Below, piece after piece: positions 10,401 to 21,012 of a stretch of DNA of 64,000 bases. The stretch comes from a virus. A model generated the notes under the pieces. The model made no database searches. It saw only the letters and a list, made by a program, of their open reading frames with translations, and was not told where the DNA came from. The stretch is from the IMG/VR virus record IMGVR_UViG_3300010399_000002, positions 50,733-114,732 of that record. The stretch is one strand, 5' to 3'. The translations under genes were made by a program, and so were the position numbers. The first letter of the stretch is position 1; every line of letters starts with the position of its first letter.

Positions 10401-10920
10401 GAAACGGATTTTCACGAAACCTGCGTCTCGTAAACCTCTTTGATCCCAACCTCTTCTTTGTCTTCTCCAACTGGATGCGATACTCGTTTACGTACTTCAA
10501 TGGATCTTTGACTCGCAGCCTGGGAATGGACATTCCGAGCATCGCTACCTTGAAAGCGCTTCTAGCGGCTTTGATATTCTCGCCATTGGGATACAATCTC
10601 TGCATCTCCAACTCAACTGCTTGCCGAGAAACATTTCCACAGAATGTACTGAGTCTCGTACTGAATATCGAGCCTTTCACTGGAGATCGCCTTCGCCAGT
10701 AGTTAACTAAGAATCTCACTAACCAATCCGGACTGACCTTGTAGCGCTCGCACCAAACCTTCAGGTTCAGCAACCGCAAACGATCGTCGGGCTTCAGCCT
10801 CAATCTCACATTTGACTTGTGATAGTTGGACAGGATGGTCTCCACTTTTGATTGCCACTTGTTCAGCACATATTCGAGATGGGAACGGGGACTCATGAAC
10901 GTGTTCTCGTACGTAACCAC
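10330..10920 (-). CDS. Hypothetical basic protein
   Basis: Long Arg/Lys-rich ORF in the operon direction. Confidence 0.55.
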   Translation of the reverse strand: MVTYENTFMSPRSHLEYVLNKWQSKVETILSNYHKSNVRLRLKPDDRLRLLNLKVWCERYKVSPDWLVRFLVNYWRRRSPVKGSIFSTRLSTFCGNVSRQAVELEMQRLYPNGENIKAARSAFKVAMLGMSIPRLRVKDPLKYVNEYRIQLEKTKKRLGSKRFTRRRFRENPFLAPTTSWESKTPSNHHLVSRNSA

Positions 10921-11265
10921 TTTGGCACCCTAGGCTTTACACAGGTTCTATACCTTGATACAAAGCCTTGTAACATCTCAACACGTACTCTACGCATCCA
11001 ACGGAACCCCAACCACTTAGGGGCGCGCCCTTTTCTCGTAACCAAATTATTCCAGTAACTCATTTTTCACGCCTCTACTCGATTCACTTGTGCTTCTCCT
11101 TCCACCAAGACACGAATGCGGACAGTACAACAGCAACCATCGGGCCGACCTGCACACCCATCGGTGGATCTTTCTGCTTAACCAATAGCGCCTGCGTTAG
11201 ACTATCTACAAACCAAAACGCCAAGGCCGGAATAACGAAATTTTCTATGAATGAGACTAGTATAC

Positions 11266-11934
11266 TCATTTCACCTCCTCGCCCTTCTCCGGGGCGGCAA
11301 GTTCCTGTTTGTGCCCGTATATCTCGCAGCCGAGCATGACTTGCACCGTCGTCGCTTCGATTCCTTCGAGCATGTCCCGCGCTTGCTGCTTGCCCTCGAT
11401 CCGCCCCCGCAGCCGCTCCCGCGCTCCGTGGCGCTCCAACTCTGCGTACCTCTCCTCGGCGGCTAGCGCTCGACCTTCCATGCTGTCATACAGGTTGAAG
11501 GCGTCGTTGAGACTTCGGCACCCCTTGAAGCGACTCCCTACAAGGTTCTCGTACTCAAGTAGACGAAACTCCATTCCTTCATTCGCGGTAATAAGCTGGC
11601 CGTTTCTCTCTCGTTCGGCGTTAAGTTCTCCGATGACGGACTGATACTCACCGATGCGACCTTTAGCGTTCATGGCCTTCCATGTCTGGCAAATGGGTAG
11701 CTCCTCATCTCGGTCACCAAAGTGGGCGGCGGCTTCCGAAAACTCAGAAGTCTCGAACTCACAGTGGAAGCACTTCCAAACTGCCCGCGCTCCATGGCGC
11801 TGGGCGAAGGCGACGAGGGCGTCGGCAAGCAAACCAACAGCCTGCTTACGGCTAGACAATACAGACATGTGCCCGTAAGTATCTAGCGCCACCTTCTCCG
11901 CCTCTTCCCGCAGCGCGCTCTCGGTGGGGGTCAT
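11266..11934 (-). CDS. Hypothetical coiled-coil protein with CxxC..H motif
   Basis: WKCFHC...AAAHFG; GC-richer ends. Confidence 0.55.
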   Translation of the reverse strand: MTPTESALREEAEKVALDTYGHMSVLSSRKQAVGLLADALVAFAQRHGARAVWKCFHCEFETSEFSEAAAHFGDRDEELPICQTWKAMNAKGRIGEYQSVIGELNAERERNGQLITANEGMEFRLLEYENLVGSRFKGCRSLNDAFNLYDSMEGRALAAEERYAELERHGARERLRGRIEGKQQARDMLEGIEATTVQVMLGCEIYGHKQELAAPEKGEEVK

Positions 11935-12169
11935 CGAGAGAATCCTTGTGCATCCATATATGAAGATGCTTGCAAAAAGGTAGAGTCTGGAAACAGCAAT
12001 GACCAGAGCTTCATAACTTTTTCGGGATCTAGCTTTCCGGACCTGTCAAAGGATTCCAACTCCGCTATTGGAATCAGAGAGTCCTTGCTCAGGTGCGCAA
12101 GGCTCTTAGGCCCTACGTTCTTGACGAACCTGTGAACTAACTCAATGTACACTGACGAAATGCCGACGA

Positions 12170-12553
12170 TCATGTCCTCTCTCCTTGCGCCCGCGCCCAC
12201 TCTAGGCAGGCGGAGCAGATGGCGTCCTGTATTGTCTGTCCTTCGCCGTGAAATCGTGCTACTCGGCCAGATACCCAAATGTCACACACGTATGGGATGC
12301 GCTTCTCTAAATCGAACCACTCGCATCTGTCCAGCACCTCCATGGCGTCGGCTATGGAGACGTAGGGGTCCCAATCGTCAAGATGCCCTTCTGGCGGACA
12401 CGGCCCCAGCGGGCTCTTTTCCCAATCAAGCACTGACCGCGAACAGATCCGGCATATCCAGAACTTTCCGCGCTCTTCCCATTCGTGTAACGGCCAGCCC
12501 ATCACCACGCGGGCCAGCAGCGCCACGTTCGCGGCTTTCTGTTCTAAAGTCAC
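12170..12553 (-). CDS. Phage ABA-sandwich-like protein
   Basis: LARVVMGW...WDPYVSIADAMEVL...TIQDAICSACL pattern. Confidence 0.6.
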   Translation of the reverse strand: MTLEQKAANVALLARVVMGWPLHEWEERGKFWICRICSRSVLDWEKSPLGPCPPEGHLDDWDPYVSIADAMEVLDRCEWFDLEKRIPYVCDIWVSGRVARFHGEGQTIQDAICSACLEWARAQGERT

Positions 12554-13245
12554 TTGGCACTCTCCAAAGCAACCAATAACTTTTGCACATCAACCGCGAT
12601 CTCTCTTTTGTGTCCTCGATCAGTACCGTTCTTAACGATGATCTTCTCTTGCGCCAAATCCGAAAACGTACTTGTCATCAACTCTCGTGACGTACGGCAA
12701 TACCGGGCTAACGTCTCGTGTGACAAGATTGGCAAAGTCTGGATACCGCGTATATCTTTCAATGGGCCGGGGAAACACGACTTGACTAACGAAGCCAACA
12801 TATACAGAACCATATCTTGCAACAACCAACTCTCTGCGCCCAGACGTTCCAACAACACATCCCTCTGGGCCGCGATAGCTTCATACATGACCCCAAACTT
12901 GACCTCGTCCAATGGATGGAAAAATAACTTAACTGGAGTAAGAGCTTCGAGAGCATCACCTGGCCGACTGAGCAGGACGGACGGATCTGTTGAGCTGTGA
13001 AACGAGACGATCATGGAGTACCTTAACTGTTCTTCGCCGCTGCGAAAATCTCGTCTGTGAGGCTTACAGTAATTCGTCTTACCGGCAAACGGCCGCGTAT
13101 AGGCAACCAGTCCACTACCGACTACCATATACAAACCGTAGTCCTTACTGCTGTCTTCTGCGACTCTGCGGTTTCTGTCGTCTCGCTGACGGGGATTTTC
13201 GACGAAACCTCGAATGTCCCCTTTCTGAAGATCGATTACGCTCAT
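12550..13245 (-). CDS. Crp/Fnr-family transcription regulator
   Basis: LYMVVGSG N-terminal motif and C-terminal HTH LSHETLARYCRTSRELMTSTFSDLAQEKII...VDVQKL. Confidence 0.75.
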   Translation of the reverse strand: MSVIDLQKGDIRGFVENPRQRDDRNRRVAEDSSKDYGLYMVVGSGLVAYTRPFAGKTNYCKPHRRDFRSGEEQLRYSMIVSFHSSTDPSVLLSRPGDALEALTPVKLFFHPLDEVKFGVMYEAIAAQRDVLLERLGAESWLLQDMVLYMLASLVKSCFPGPLKDIRGIQTLPILSHETLARYCRTSRELMTSTFSDLAQEKIIVKNGTDRGHKREIAVDVQKLLVALESAK

Positions 13246-13544
13246 GACGGCTTCCTTTCTTCAAATACGGTCTTGTAGCCTACACCGCCCTTGGCGTTCT
13301 CGATCTCAGCTCGGCGCTTCATACATTTTTCCAACACATCGTCGGCACTTGTTTTGATCTGAGAAATCAGACTTGACCATTCTTCGTAAACCGCGATGGG
13401 AACCAAAACCGCAACGTCTACTCTCGGTCGGTGTGGTTTGCCGACGGTGATAACAACTGTCTCTTTCAACTGCTGAAGATCTGAGATCGACAACATTCGA
13501 AAGTCGTGCAAGCTGATCCTTCTCAACTTGGTTACGTCCGACAT
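13242..13544 (-). CDS. Phd/YefM antitoxin-like protein
   Basis: ISLHDFR...ETVVIT.GK....VAVLVPIAVYEE resembles the Phd/YefM N-terminal domain. Confidence 0.55.
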   Translation of the reverse strand: MSDVTKLRRISLHDFRMLSISDLQQLKETVVITVGKPHRPRVDVAVLVPIAVYEEWSSLISQIKTSADDVLEKCMKRRAEIENAKGGVGYKTVFEERKPS

Positions 13545-13932
13545 AAGACATTCTCCTTTACAACGTACTCGATCTGCTTGGAAAAGAAATTAACGTGCAG
13601 TGTCGTCCACTGCATGGGAAACTCTCCAATCCAGTCCTCGATGAAAACCCCATCTCCGTTTCGCATAGCTGTCTCATTTTGGTAATGAATTCCGGCTTTA
13701 CATGCTAGAGACAGGAAACTTATGAACATATCGTACAGCGATTGGGCCTGAAAAACGATTTCTTTACTTATGGTCTGAACCTGGTAATGGTCTAGGCTCT
13801 CTGCGAAGTGTACGTACAAGACGTAACTGTGTCCCCAACTCTCAACCAACTTAAGCCAGAGGTAACCATATTCGGGATGGGGAACCAAGCGGCCACTCCT
13901 GAATCTGTTGATGAACTCGTAGACGGTCATAC

Positions 13933-14301
13933 TCAAGCCTTGTACTCACTGTTCTTAGTCAACTTGGCCTTGATGGCTGTAGTCGGAACGTAGTTACAGT
14001 TGTCGAACCGTTCGATCATATCTTGTAACTCAAGAGGCAGTAAGTACCGGACAAATGGTGAACCTGGAATTGGGACTCCAGTCTTGCGCTCGAATGAAAT
14101 GTGAAGCGATGTGGGATGTACGCGCACTTGAACTGTGTGTAGATCTTTCGTGATCTTTTTGACTGCACGCAAACTAGCTCGAGCTACTGGGCACAACTTA
14201 CATGAATTGGGAACACCCAACTCGATGTCCTTAACCGTAACATGTAACTCCAGCTCTAGCGGGAACTTGGGCCAGATGATCTTGTGGGTGACTAACGGCA
14301 T
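13933..14301 (-). CDS. Hypothetical protein, paralog of 14312..14662
   Basis: IELGVPNSCKLCPVARA...Y.LP.EL..MIERFD. Confidence 0.6.
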   Translation of the reverse strand: MPLVTHKIIWPKFPLELELHVTVKDIELGVPNSCKLCPVARASLRAVKKITKDLHTVQVRVHPTSLHISFERKTGVPIPGSPFVRYLLPLELQDMIERFDNCNYVPTTAIKAKLTKNSEYKA

Positions 14302-14311
14302 CTTACTCTCC

Positions 14312-14662
14312 TTACAGATTCATCTTACGGATGATAGCCTTGACTGGACTGATACCTGAAGCTAGATACAGTGTCCGACGCCAGCCGTGTCTGTCCACCT
14401 CTCTGATCAAGGCGATTAACTCGGGTGGCGTCGTATACGTTACTTGTTCTTCGCGTGACGAACCAAATGACGGGTACACCGTGATACATAAGGGCGTCAC
14501 TCCGACTGTAGGATATTTTAGTCCTAGTTTCTTGAGTGCATCGATAACCGCTAGAGCCACGGGGCAATCGTGGGCAGAACAAGGCACACCGAACTCCAAA
14601 TGTATGCGCTCGACGCTAATCTCTAACTCATCTGGTAACTGTATCTGTATCTCATGACTCAT
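14312..14662 (-). CDS. Hypothetical protein, paralog of 13933..14301
   Basis: LEFGVPCSAHDCPVALA...Y.TP.EL..LIREVD. Confidence 0.6.
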   Translation of the reverse strand: MSHEIQIQLPDELEISVERIHLEFGVPCSAHDCPVALAVIDALKKLGLKYPTVGVTPLCITVYPSFGSSREEQVTYTTPPELIALIREVDRHGWRRTLYLASGISPVKAIIRKMNL

Positions 14663-16037
14663 AACTTAATCTCCACCTAAGAGCTTTCCTAATACGTAGG
14701 CAACACAAATCGCAACCACAATGGTTGTGACTGTCTCACAGATAATCTTAATACTTTCCGGACTCATGACTTCTCCTTCTCTTCCGCAACTGTAACCTTA
14801 CTCAAGACGGGATTGCGTTCGAGACGCCAGATCTTTCTGTTCTTTGAACTGATGATAAGCAGACCCGACCATGGACGGCCACCGTCGTGGGCTAGGAACT
14901 TTTGCACGGAGTCCGCATTTGCTATGACTCGCGAGTCAAGATGAATAGGCTGGCCGAAACTTATCAATTGATCGTATTCCAGACCTTCTTCGTTGGCCAG
15001 GATATTCGGACCGCACGCCCAATACAGATCGTCAACGAGATCTCGACCAAGACTCAACGAACTATGGGTGGCGTACAGAATGTATCTCTCCGACGTGTTC
15101 TGATTAGGTATCTGCCACTCACCCGGACGATAATTACCAAAATACACACCATCGATGACCGTTTTCAGACTGGCCGGATTGCACCAGACCTGTCCGCGAT
15201 GAATCATACAGATCAAACCATATCTCAGACGGAGAACCATATCCGTATCCGAAACCGTATCTGAAGACGATAATGATGGAATACTAAAACAAGATTTGAT
15301 CATAGTATCTCAGTTATCTGTTGTTAGGGTATATAAGTAACCCATCTGAAAACCTGAAAGCAACTCTAACCTCATCTGATAGCCGTAGATCGTAGCTCAT
15401 AACTCATAACCATATCCGCCTGAACCGTGCTTTTGCAAACCGGAACGTATCTCATACCTGCACCTGAGACTCGGTCTCGTCTAGGTACGCATCGATACCG
15501 GACTCATCGAGACTGTTGAGAATCATTCCTGCTGTACGCGGCGCCCAATCCGGAACCTCGATGATACCTTTAGCCCTGGCTGTGTCTGTAGCTGCAACGA
15601 ACTTGACCTCCAACCTGTGTTGCGCTGCGTAGTGCCGCAACTTCGCCGACTCGTAGTCACCTGGCTCGATAACGAAAATGATCATCATGCTGTGTACCTC
15701 TCATTCAATTCCTTTTCGTATAGCACTGTGGACGCCTCACGCACTTTCTTTGACCATATCTTCATGGTGTCTTGACCGCGCGGTATTTGCTTCTTCACCT
15801 TGGCACAGCACTCACCAAACAACCTGGTCTTGTCCTTACGACTCAATGGTGCAATGAGCTGATAGTTATGCTCTGAAAGGATTTTTCGCAGGACCTTTAG
15901 CGGCATGAAGCTGAGTCGACTGGCGACTTCCCAACAATTATTGCAAACCTTGTCGTGGAATCGTTCCGGTAAACCCAAACCGCAATACTGACAATGGTAA
16001 ACAACTGGTTCGGATGACTGCGTCCAATCACTCATAA

Positions 16038-16244
16038 CTAGATCCTCGACATCCGCGCCTCACGCTTCACTACTTTAACGCGACCTGTTGACGTAAGCAC
16101 TGTTGGAATAGTGCGCTTTAGCCAGGCTACACCGTTGTCGACCGCCACGAGCTCCCAACCTTCTTCACCTTTGTCGTTCAGTATAGCCGCCAAATGTGCT
16201 GGCATCCCGGATGATACAAATTCGTAATCGTACTCGAACTTCAT
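16038..16244 (-). CDS. DUF4177-like small protein
   Basis: KFEY...LNDKGEEGWELVAV. Confidence 0.65.
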   Translation of the reverse strand: MKFEYDYEFVSSGMPAHLAAILNDKGEEGWELVAVDNGVAWLKRTIPTVLTSTGRVKVVKREARMSRI

Positions 16245-17734
16245 GCTGCTGCCTCCTTCTTCAACGTAGACTCCAACTTCTTTTGGGCGAACTCGAACAA
16301 GTCCTTAACATCGCCCGTCCATCGGTACTTGAAAACAGGAATACCCGCTTTCCTGAAAGCTCCTCGACGATATTTGGTAGCCTTGGTAAACGGACTCAAA
16401 CCACTATCACCTACATCGTAATAGATCAGCCCTCGTTTCCCGACGCAAAGACGCACACCTCGGCCGAACTTTTGCATAGCGTCTTCGCGGGAACGATACG
16501 ACGCGCCATCGATCATGGTATCGACCTTTTTGATGTCCACACCTTTCTTGAAAACGCGATTGGCGATCAGCAATCGAATGCGACTCGCATCGAATGACTT
16601 TTTGGCCTGTCGTCTGAAACTGCGGGACTTAGCTCCGTACACAACTCGATGGGGAACATCCGACACTCGCCTTGACAGAAACTTAAGATGCCTGATGCGT
16701 TCCACTAGCGCAATAGTATGGTAACCGAGTTCGTGCGCTTCTCGAATGATGGCCTCAATCAGATTGTTGCGCCTCTTACTGCGCACAACAAACCGATCGT
16801 AAGCCTCACTGTGTGTTCCGCTCTCGGTGTTGCCCACACTCCGATCCAGATCTACCGCAATCACAATTCCTGAAGTAAGGTGCTTTTCTTCAACTCCGCG
16901 CCGATAGGGATACTCGTATAAGACTGGTCCGGTCAAAGCAAACGCACGAAGACGGATGGGAGCCTTTTGAAGACTCAATGTAGCTGTCAGACCTAACACG
17001 ACCGGTGGATTGATGGACTGAACAGTAGACAAATTTCGCTTGTTCAGAGCAAGATGGACTTCGTCGATGAACAAAACCTGCAGCCCGCGCATCCAGAGCT
17101 TGAACTCCTTATCGTGCCTATGACGATGGAGTGTCTGAACGGTGGCTACGGTTATACGCCTCGGACTGAAACGTCCTGCGCCAATGATGCCGACCGACTC
17201 ACCTATTACTTCGGATAGCGCCTTGCGCGCCTGGTCCAATAGAGTGAGCTCGTCTACAACGAAACAACCTGAACCGCGGAGAGCCTTAAAGTATAGTCCG
17301 GCAATCCTTGTCTTCCCGCTTCCCGTGGCATTGAGAATCAACCCGCCATGGTTGCGGGCCTTCAGCATCTTGGCAAGGCACTCGTTCTGAAACGCCCAAG
17401 AGCTGTTTGTTAATGGATTGAACGAAACGGACTGTCGCTGATCATCGACTGATAGATCGAATTGCTCGACAAGACGTTCACGCTGAGCAAGGAACAGTCC
17501 GGAAGGAACTCGACTGCGCTTGAAGAAACGAACGTAGCCATCCCAAGGCTTGTCGTTTCCCCAACGACGCCTTTGGAACTTAAACGCCCAGAACGCAGAC
17601 GGATGCTTGTAACGAAAGAATGGGTCTATCGCCTCGTAGCTGTAAGGCGAATGAAACACAGCCCACCGGTTGGTGAGTGTGACGTCAAGTGGTTGACGGC
17701 TACCGCGTGTAGGGATCTTCCCCGACTCTAGCAT
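16241..17734 (-). CDS. Superfamily 2 DExH helicase (UvsW/XPB-like)
   Basis: ATGSGKT, ATVQTL, DEVH, GLTAT, KGVDI, QKFGRGVR. Confidence 0.9.
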   Translation of the reverse strand: MLESGKIPTRGSRQPLDVTLTNRWAVFHSPYSYEAIDPFFRYKHPSAFWAFKFQRRRWGNDKPWDGYVRFFKRSRVPSGLFLAQRERLVEQFDLSVDDQRQSVSFNPLTNSSWAFQNECLAKMLKARNHGGLILNATGSGKTRIAGLYFKALRGSGCFVVDELTLLDQARKALSEVIGESVGIIGAGRFSPRRITVATVQTLHRHRHDKEFKLWMRGLQVLFIDEVHLALNKRNLSTVQSINPPVVLGLTATLSLQKAPIRLRAFALTGPVLYEYPYRRGVEEKHLTSGIVIAVDLDRSVGNTESGTHSEAYDRFVVRSKRRNNLIEAIIREAHELGYHTIALVERIRHLKFLSRRVSDVPHRVVYGAKSRSFRRQAKKSFDASRIRLLIANRVFKKGVDIKKVDTMIDGASYRSREDAMQKFGRGVRLCVGKRGLIYYDVGDSGLSPFTKATKYRRGAFRKAGIPVFKYRWTGDVKDLFEFAQKKLESTLKKEAAA

Positions 17735-17762
17735 TGCCTGGTCGTTTTCGTGACCGAGGCTT

Positions 17763-17792
17763 ATTGTATAATATCATCCACCTAATCTGCAA
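17763..17792 (-). promoter_or_regulatory. Putative sigma70 promoter for the helicase/early block
   Basis: Minus strand TTGCAG-N18-TACAAT, about 30 nt upstream of the helicase ATG. Confidence 0.5.
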
Positions 17793-17854
17793 GGATTATT
17801 TTTGGCACTCTAAATCGGCTTGTCGGGCACTTCTGGCACTCAAAATAACCTGGC

Positions 17855-17934
17855 TAGGAACTGACAGGCACTGTTGATTGACCGAAGATGGTAGTTGGGA
17901 TAGGGTTTTCCCACTGAACTTGTTGGAGGAGCTC
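17855..17934. repeat. Dispersed 80-bp multi-box element, copy 2
   Basis: TAGGAACTGACAGGCACT-N16-TGGTAGTTG...TGTTGGAGGAGCT. Confidence 0.92.
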
Positions 17935-19252
17935 AGATGCAAACATTTCCTTGGCCTCCATCTACACCGTTGCCTGACGATAGCACTGGGTCTTGCCAAT
18001 AGTACGGCCAATACGCATGAACCTTGGTCGTGGAATTGTAGGCACCACCACCGCGAGCAAAGAAGATTCCTATACCGCCACCTTGGGCTGGCCCACCGGT
18101 GCACTGTAGAATATGATCGCCTGAACCGGTGGCATCCACAATAACCGCGGGAGTACCCCAAGCTGCGGCACTGTACTTACTGTAAGAAATCTCTAACGCC
18201 TTAACTCCGGCACCTTGTGTACGATTCTGTCCCCAAATCACATAAGGGTTTCCTGCGTCATCGGTATCTGCCTCTGTGTTGCGAACTCCATTCGCTACTG
18301 TATTGACGACAGTAGCAACTGTCTGGGTTGTCCATGTAGGAACATCTGCTGACGTTGCACGCAAGACCTTGACGTAGTCAGTCTTGAACGGAGACGGATT
18401 GCCAGCAATGAGTCCGTACGGATAGAAAATCTCGGTTCCAACCATTTTGGGTCTGCCTTCAGCTGCAAAACCCAAACCGTCAAGCCCTAACTGTGTCTCG
18501 TCTAAAATCAATTGTGCTGTCTGAAGTACATCGCTGCTGTCCAGCGTTCGATGCAACACACCACTGTGGCCTGCTGCTGTTAACTTGCCATCGAATGTAA
18601 AATGTGTACGTCCACTTGCACCGGCCAAAGCGAATCCGGTATTAAAGTCTATTGCCAACCCTGTACCGTACACATGAGCGCCAGTACCCCACGTACCACC
18701 ATCCGTACACGATACCCAAGACACCCGATTACGTGGAACTGCAGAAACGACTTCATCTGCGGACTGATAGATAACGATGAACTTGCTATCTGCTGCCCTC
18801 CATGCCATATCGAAACTAAGTAAAAAATTGGTGGACAGTGCTGCCCCGATGGTGGTGTAGTCTGGACCGTTAGGACGGTTCGTTGACCACGCCTCTGCGA
18901 GCATATCGAACGTTGTAATCGTCAACCTCTTGTTTGAAGCAACATACAAAACGCCAATCTCATCGCCATTGGCTGCACACGCGATAGAGGACCAACCAAA
19001 TGAAGCTGAAGCGTCACCGGAGGCGTAGACTGTTGGATGACCGGCAGAATCTACCTCGGCCCACGTAACTCCAAAATCTGTACTCTTCCAACACTCTACG
19101 GTGTTGCCAACTGGATCTACGAAAAAAGCGAAATAGTTTAAGCCTTTGCGGAAAAAGTAGTACCCGGGATTGTACGTAGCAAACGAACTGTTGCTGTGCC
19201 CATCTCCTATACGGATAACCTGCGCCGGATCTACAATGTAAGGATATGCCAT
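17933..19252 (-). CDS. Putative tail-associated beta-propeller protein (Asp-box repeats), possible receptor-binding protein
   Basis: KSTDFGVTW and CTDGGTW Asp-box-like motifs; last gene of the tail module. Confidence 0.55.
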   Translation of the reverse strand: MAYPYIVDPAQVIRIGDGHSNSSFATYNPGYYFFRKGLNYFAFFVDPVGNTVECWKSTDFGVTWAEVDSAGHPTVYASGDASASFGWSSIACAANGDEIGVLYVASNKRLTITTFDMLAEAWSTNRPNGPDYTTIGAALSTNFLLSFDMAWRAADSKFIVIYQSADEVVSAVPRNRVSWVSCTDGGTWGTGAHVYGTGLAIDFNTGFALAGASGRTHFTFDGKLTAAGHSGVLHRTLDSSDVLQTAQLILDETQLGLDGLGFAAEGRPKMVGTEIFYPYGLIAGNPSPFKTDYVKVLRATSADVPTWTTQTVATVVNTVANGVRNTEADTDDAGNPYVIWGQNRTQGAGVKALEISYSKYSAAAWGTPAVIVDATGSGDHILQCTGGPAQGGGIGIFFARGGGAYNSTTKVHAYWPYYWQDPVLSSGNGVDGGQGNVCI

Positions 19253-19254
19253 AA

Positions 19255-21012
19255 CTACCTATACTTCACAGTGATCTGCACGTTGGAAGCTCCACCTGGT
19301 TCGATGACATCCAACTCGAGGAAATCTCGCTTCTCAAAGAACGGCGTCGGACTCGGATAGGATGGATCGTTGCTGCGCTGTTCTCCGGCTGGAATAACAA
19401 GAGCCTGCGATGGTGAAGCATCAACAAAAATGTAATCACCTGGCTCGGCTGGTGAAGATCCGGTCTGTTTAATAAGCCGCACCTGAATGATGCAATCCGT
19501 TATTGGCTCGCCGTCTCTTGTACTGGCAAACGCCTCGAACGGTATGCCGTCTCGCAAAACCTCATGGTGGTTCGTAGCATTGTCACCTGCGACCAACGCA
19601 CCACGAATGTGCCAAACGGCTTTTTCGTAGTCGGTAGTGTTGGCGTCGTCTTCACCTGTACCAGCCTCTCCATCTGGTGGACCTATACGGGCCATCTCGA
19701 TGAGGCGCTCGATCAGACCTGATGGTTGACCGAAAGGCTCTACTGACGTGCAACGTACGGATTGTTCAAAGTAGCCCGCTGTACCTGGCTCTCCTTTTTT
19801 CCAATCGTAGTCTACACCTTCGATTGAAAAATTGCCGTTGAGATTATGAATAGGACGTACGATGGAAACACTCTGTCCTGGTTCTGCGGTCGCGTTCTTA
19901 AGTTTGAACCGAATACGGGCTGCGTTGTTTCCAAATTGACGCAAGCGTCCAATGGCTAAAGCCAATAAAGCTGCTGGACTACCGACGTTACGTTGCTCTT
20001 CGATTGCTTCAACTATTCCGGACCCACCGGAAAGTATAGCTCGTGCAGCCTGTTCCACATAATCGTTTGCCGTAACTACAGACTGCGAAAACACTCCGCG
20101 ATACTGGATCTCTTCTACGTCGTTTACAACCGGTGTGTAGTCTAATGCAAAAACACCTTGCCCGCCCGGAAAGTAGTAGAAGTCGTAACCTGATGTTGGA
20201 ATGGTTGAACCGTCGTACGGATTCACAGCAATGAACGTTCTCGGACTCCCGTTGATCTTGACATAGATGAGTTCTTGAATCGTGGCTTCGGATGGAACGG
20301 TAGTATCTGTTACCTCATCTAGTACATACGACTCCGTGAGCTTTCTATTGATACCGCCTTCTGTGCGCTCGTGCTGACGATTACGGTAATCTTCATCACT
20401 GTACTCAACTTCGAAGTCTGACCAATTGTCTGACGTGTTTGTTATCTCAAACGTTGCTGGCTCTGATGTGAACTGACCAAAGTGGAAATCTCGATAGAAA
20501 TCTATACTGAAGAAAAATCCGGTAATGGTGGCAAGACGCCTAAACACGCTGTCCGCAGTCTCATAATAGAAACGCAACGGTTCTGAAATGATTGGTCCGG
20601 GATTCGTAACATGGTTGAGTGTAATGTTCTCGCCCGCCAGAAACTGCGACACGATGGTACTGACGATAGCGTAAAGAGACAATCCCGCCTGTATGTCTGT
20701 CGTGACCATCCGATCAGACAGAATATGATTGTAGTCCCCGGCCTCAATCCCAAACTGAAGCACTGAACTGCGAGGATAGGATCGAGCTATGACTCGGCGA
20801 ATGTGACCGGCAAACAGTCTTATAACTGGACTGCTGCCGTCATCGAGCTCGATTACTAAGGTAGAACCCTTAGCCGGCGTGTAGCCGCGGCCTTGATCTT
20901 CAAGAGTTCCGGTAAACCTGGCAGGACCGTTAACCGCACGACTGATTCGACCGCTGTCGATCTTTAGCCATTCTGTCCGATCAACACCGGCAATAGTTAA
21001 AGTAATAGGCAC
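19255..21012 (-). CDS. Tail tip/hub protein
   Basis: Immediately after tape measure; ITLTIAGVDRT start, FSIDFYRDFHF and YRNRQ hub-like motifs. Confidence 0.7.
   Translation of the reverse strand: MPITLTIAGVDRTEWLKIDSGRISRAVNGPARFTGTLEDQGRGYTPAKGSTLVIELDDGSSPVIRLFAGHIRRVIARSYPRSSVLQFGIEAGDYNHILSDRMVTTDIQAGLSLYAIVSTIVSQFLAGENITLNHVTNPGPIISEPLRFYYETADSVFRRLATITGFFFSIDFYRDFHFGQFTSEPATFEITNTSDNWSDFEVEYSDEDYRNRQHERTEGGINRKLTESYVLDEVTDTTVPSEATIQELIYVKINGSPRTFIAVNPYDGSTIPTSGYDFYYFPGGQGVFALDYTPVVNDVEEIQYRGVFSQSVVTANDYVEQAARAILSGGSGIVEAIEEQRNVGSPAALLALAIGRLRQFGNNAARIRFKLKNATAEPGQSVSIVRPIHNLNGNFSIEGVDYDWKKGEPGTAGYFEQSVRCTSVEPFGQPSGLIERLIEMARIGPPDGEAGTGEDDANTTDYEKAVWHIRGALVAGDNATNHHEVLRDGIPFEAFASTRDGEPITDCIIQVRLIKQTGSSPAEPGDYIFVDASPSQALVIPAGEQRSNDPSYPSPTPFFEKRDFLELDVIEPGGASNVQITVKYR

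Noticed and set aside
15200-15450. Degenerate Gly-Tyr-like (GGATATGGTT) repeats, considered as an origin or DGR region
   Set aside because: Repeats are short and irregular. No reverse transcriptase or template/variable repeat pair was seen. More likely a decayed low-complexity coding stretch.
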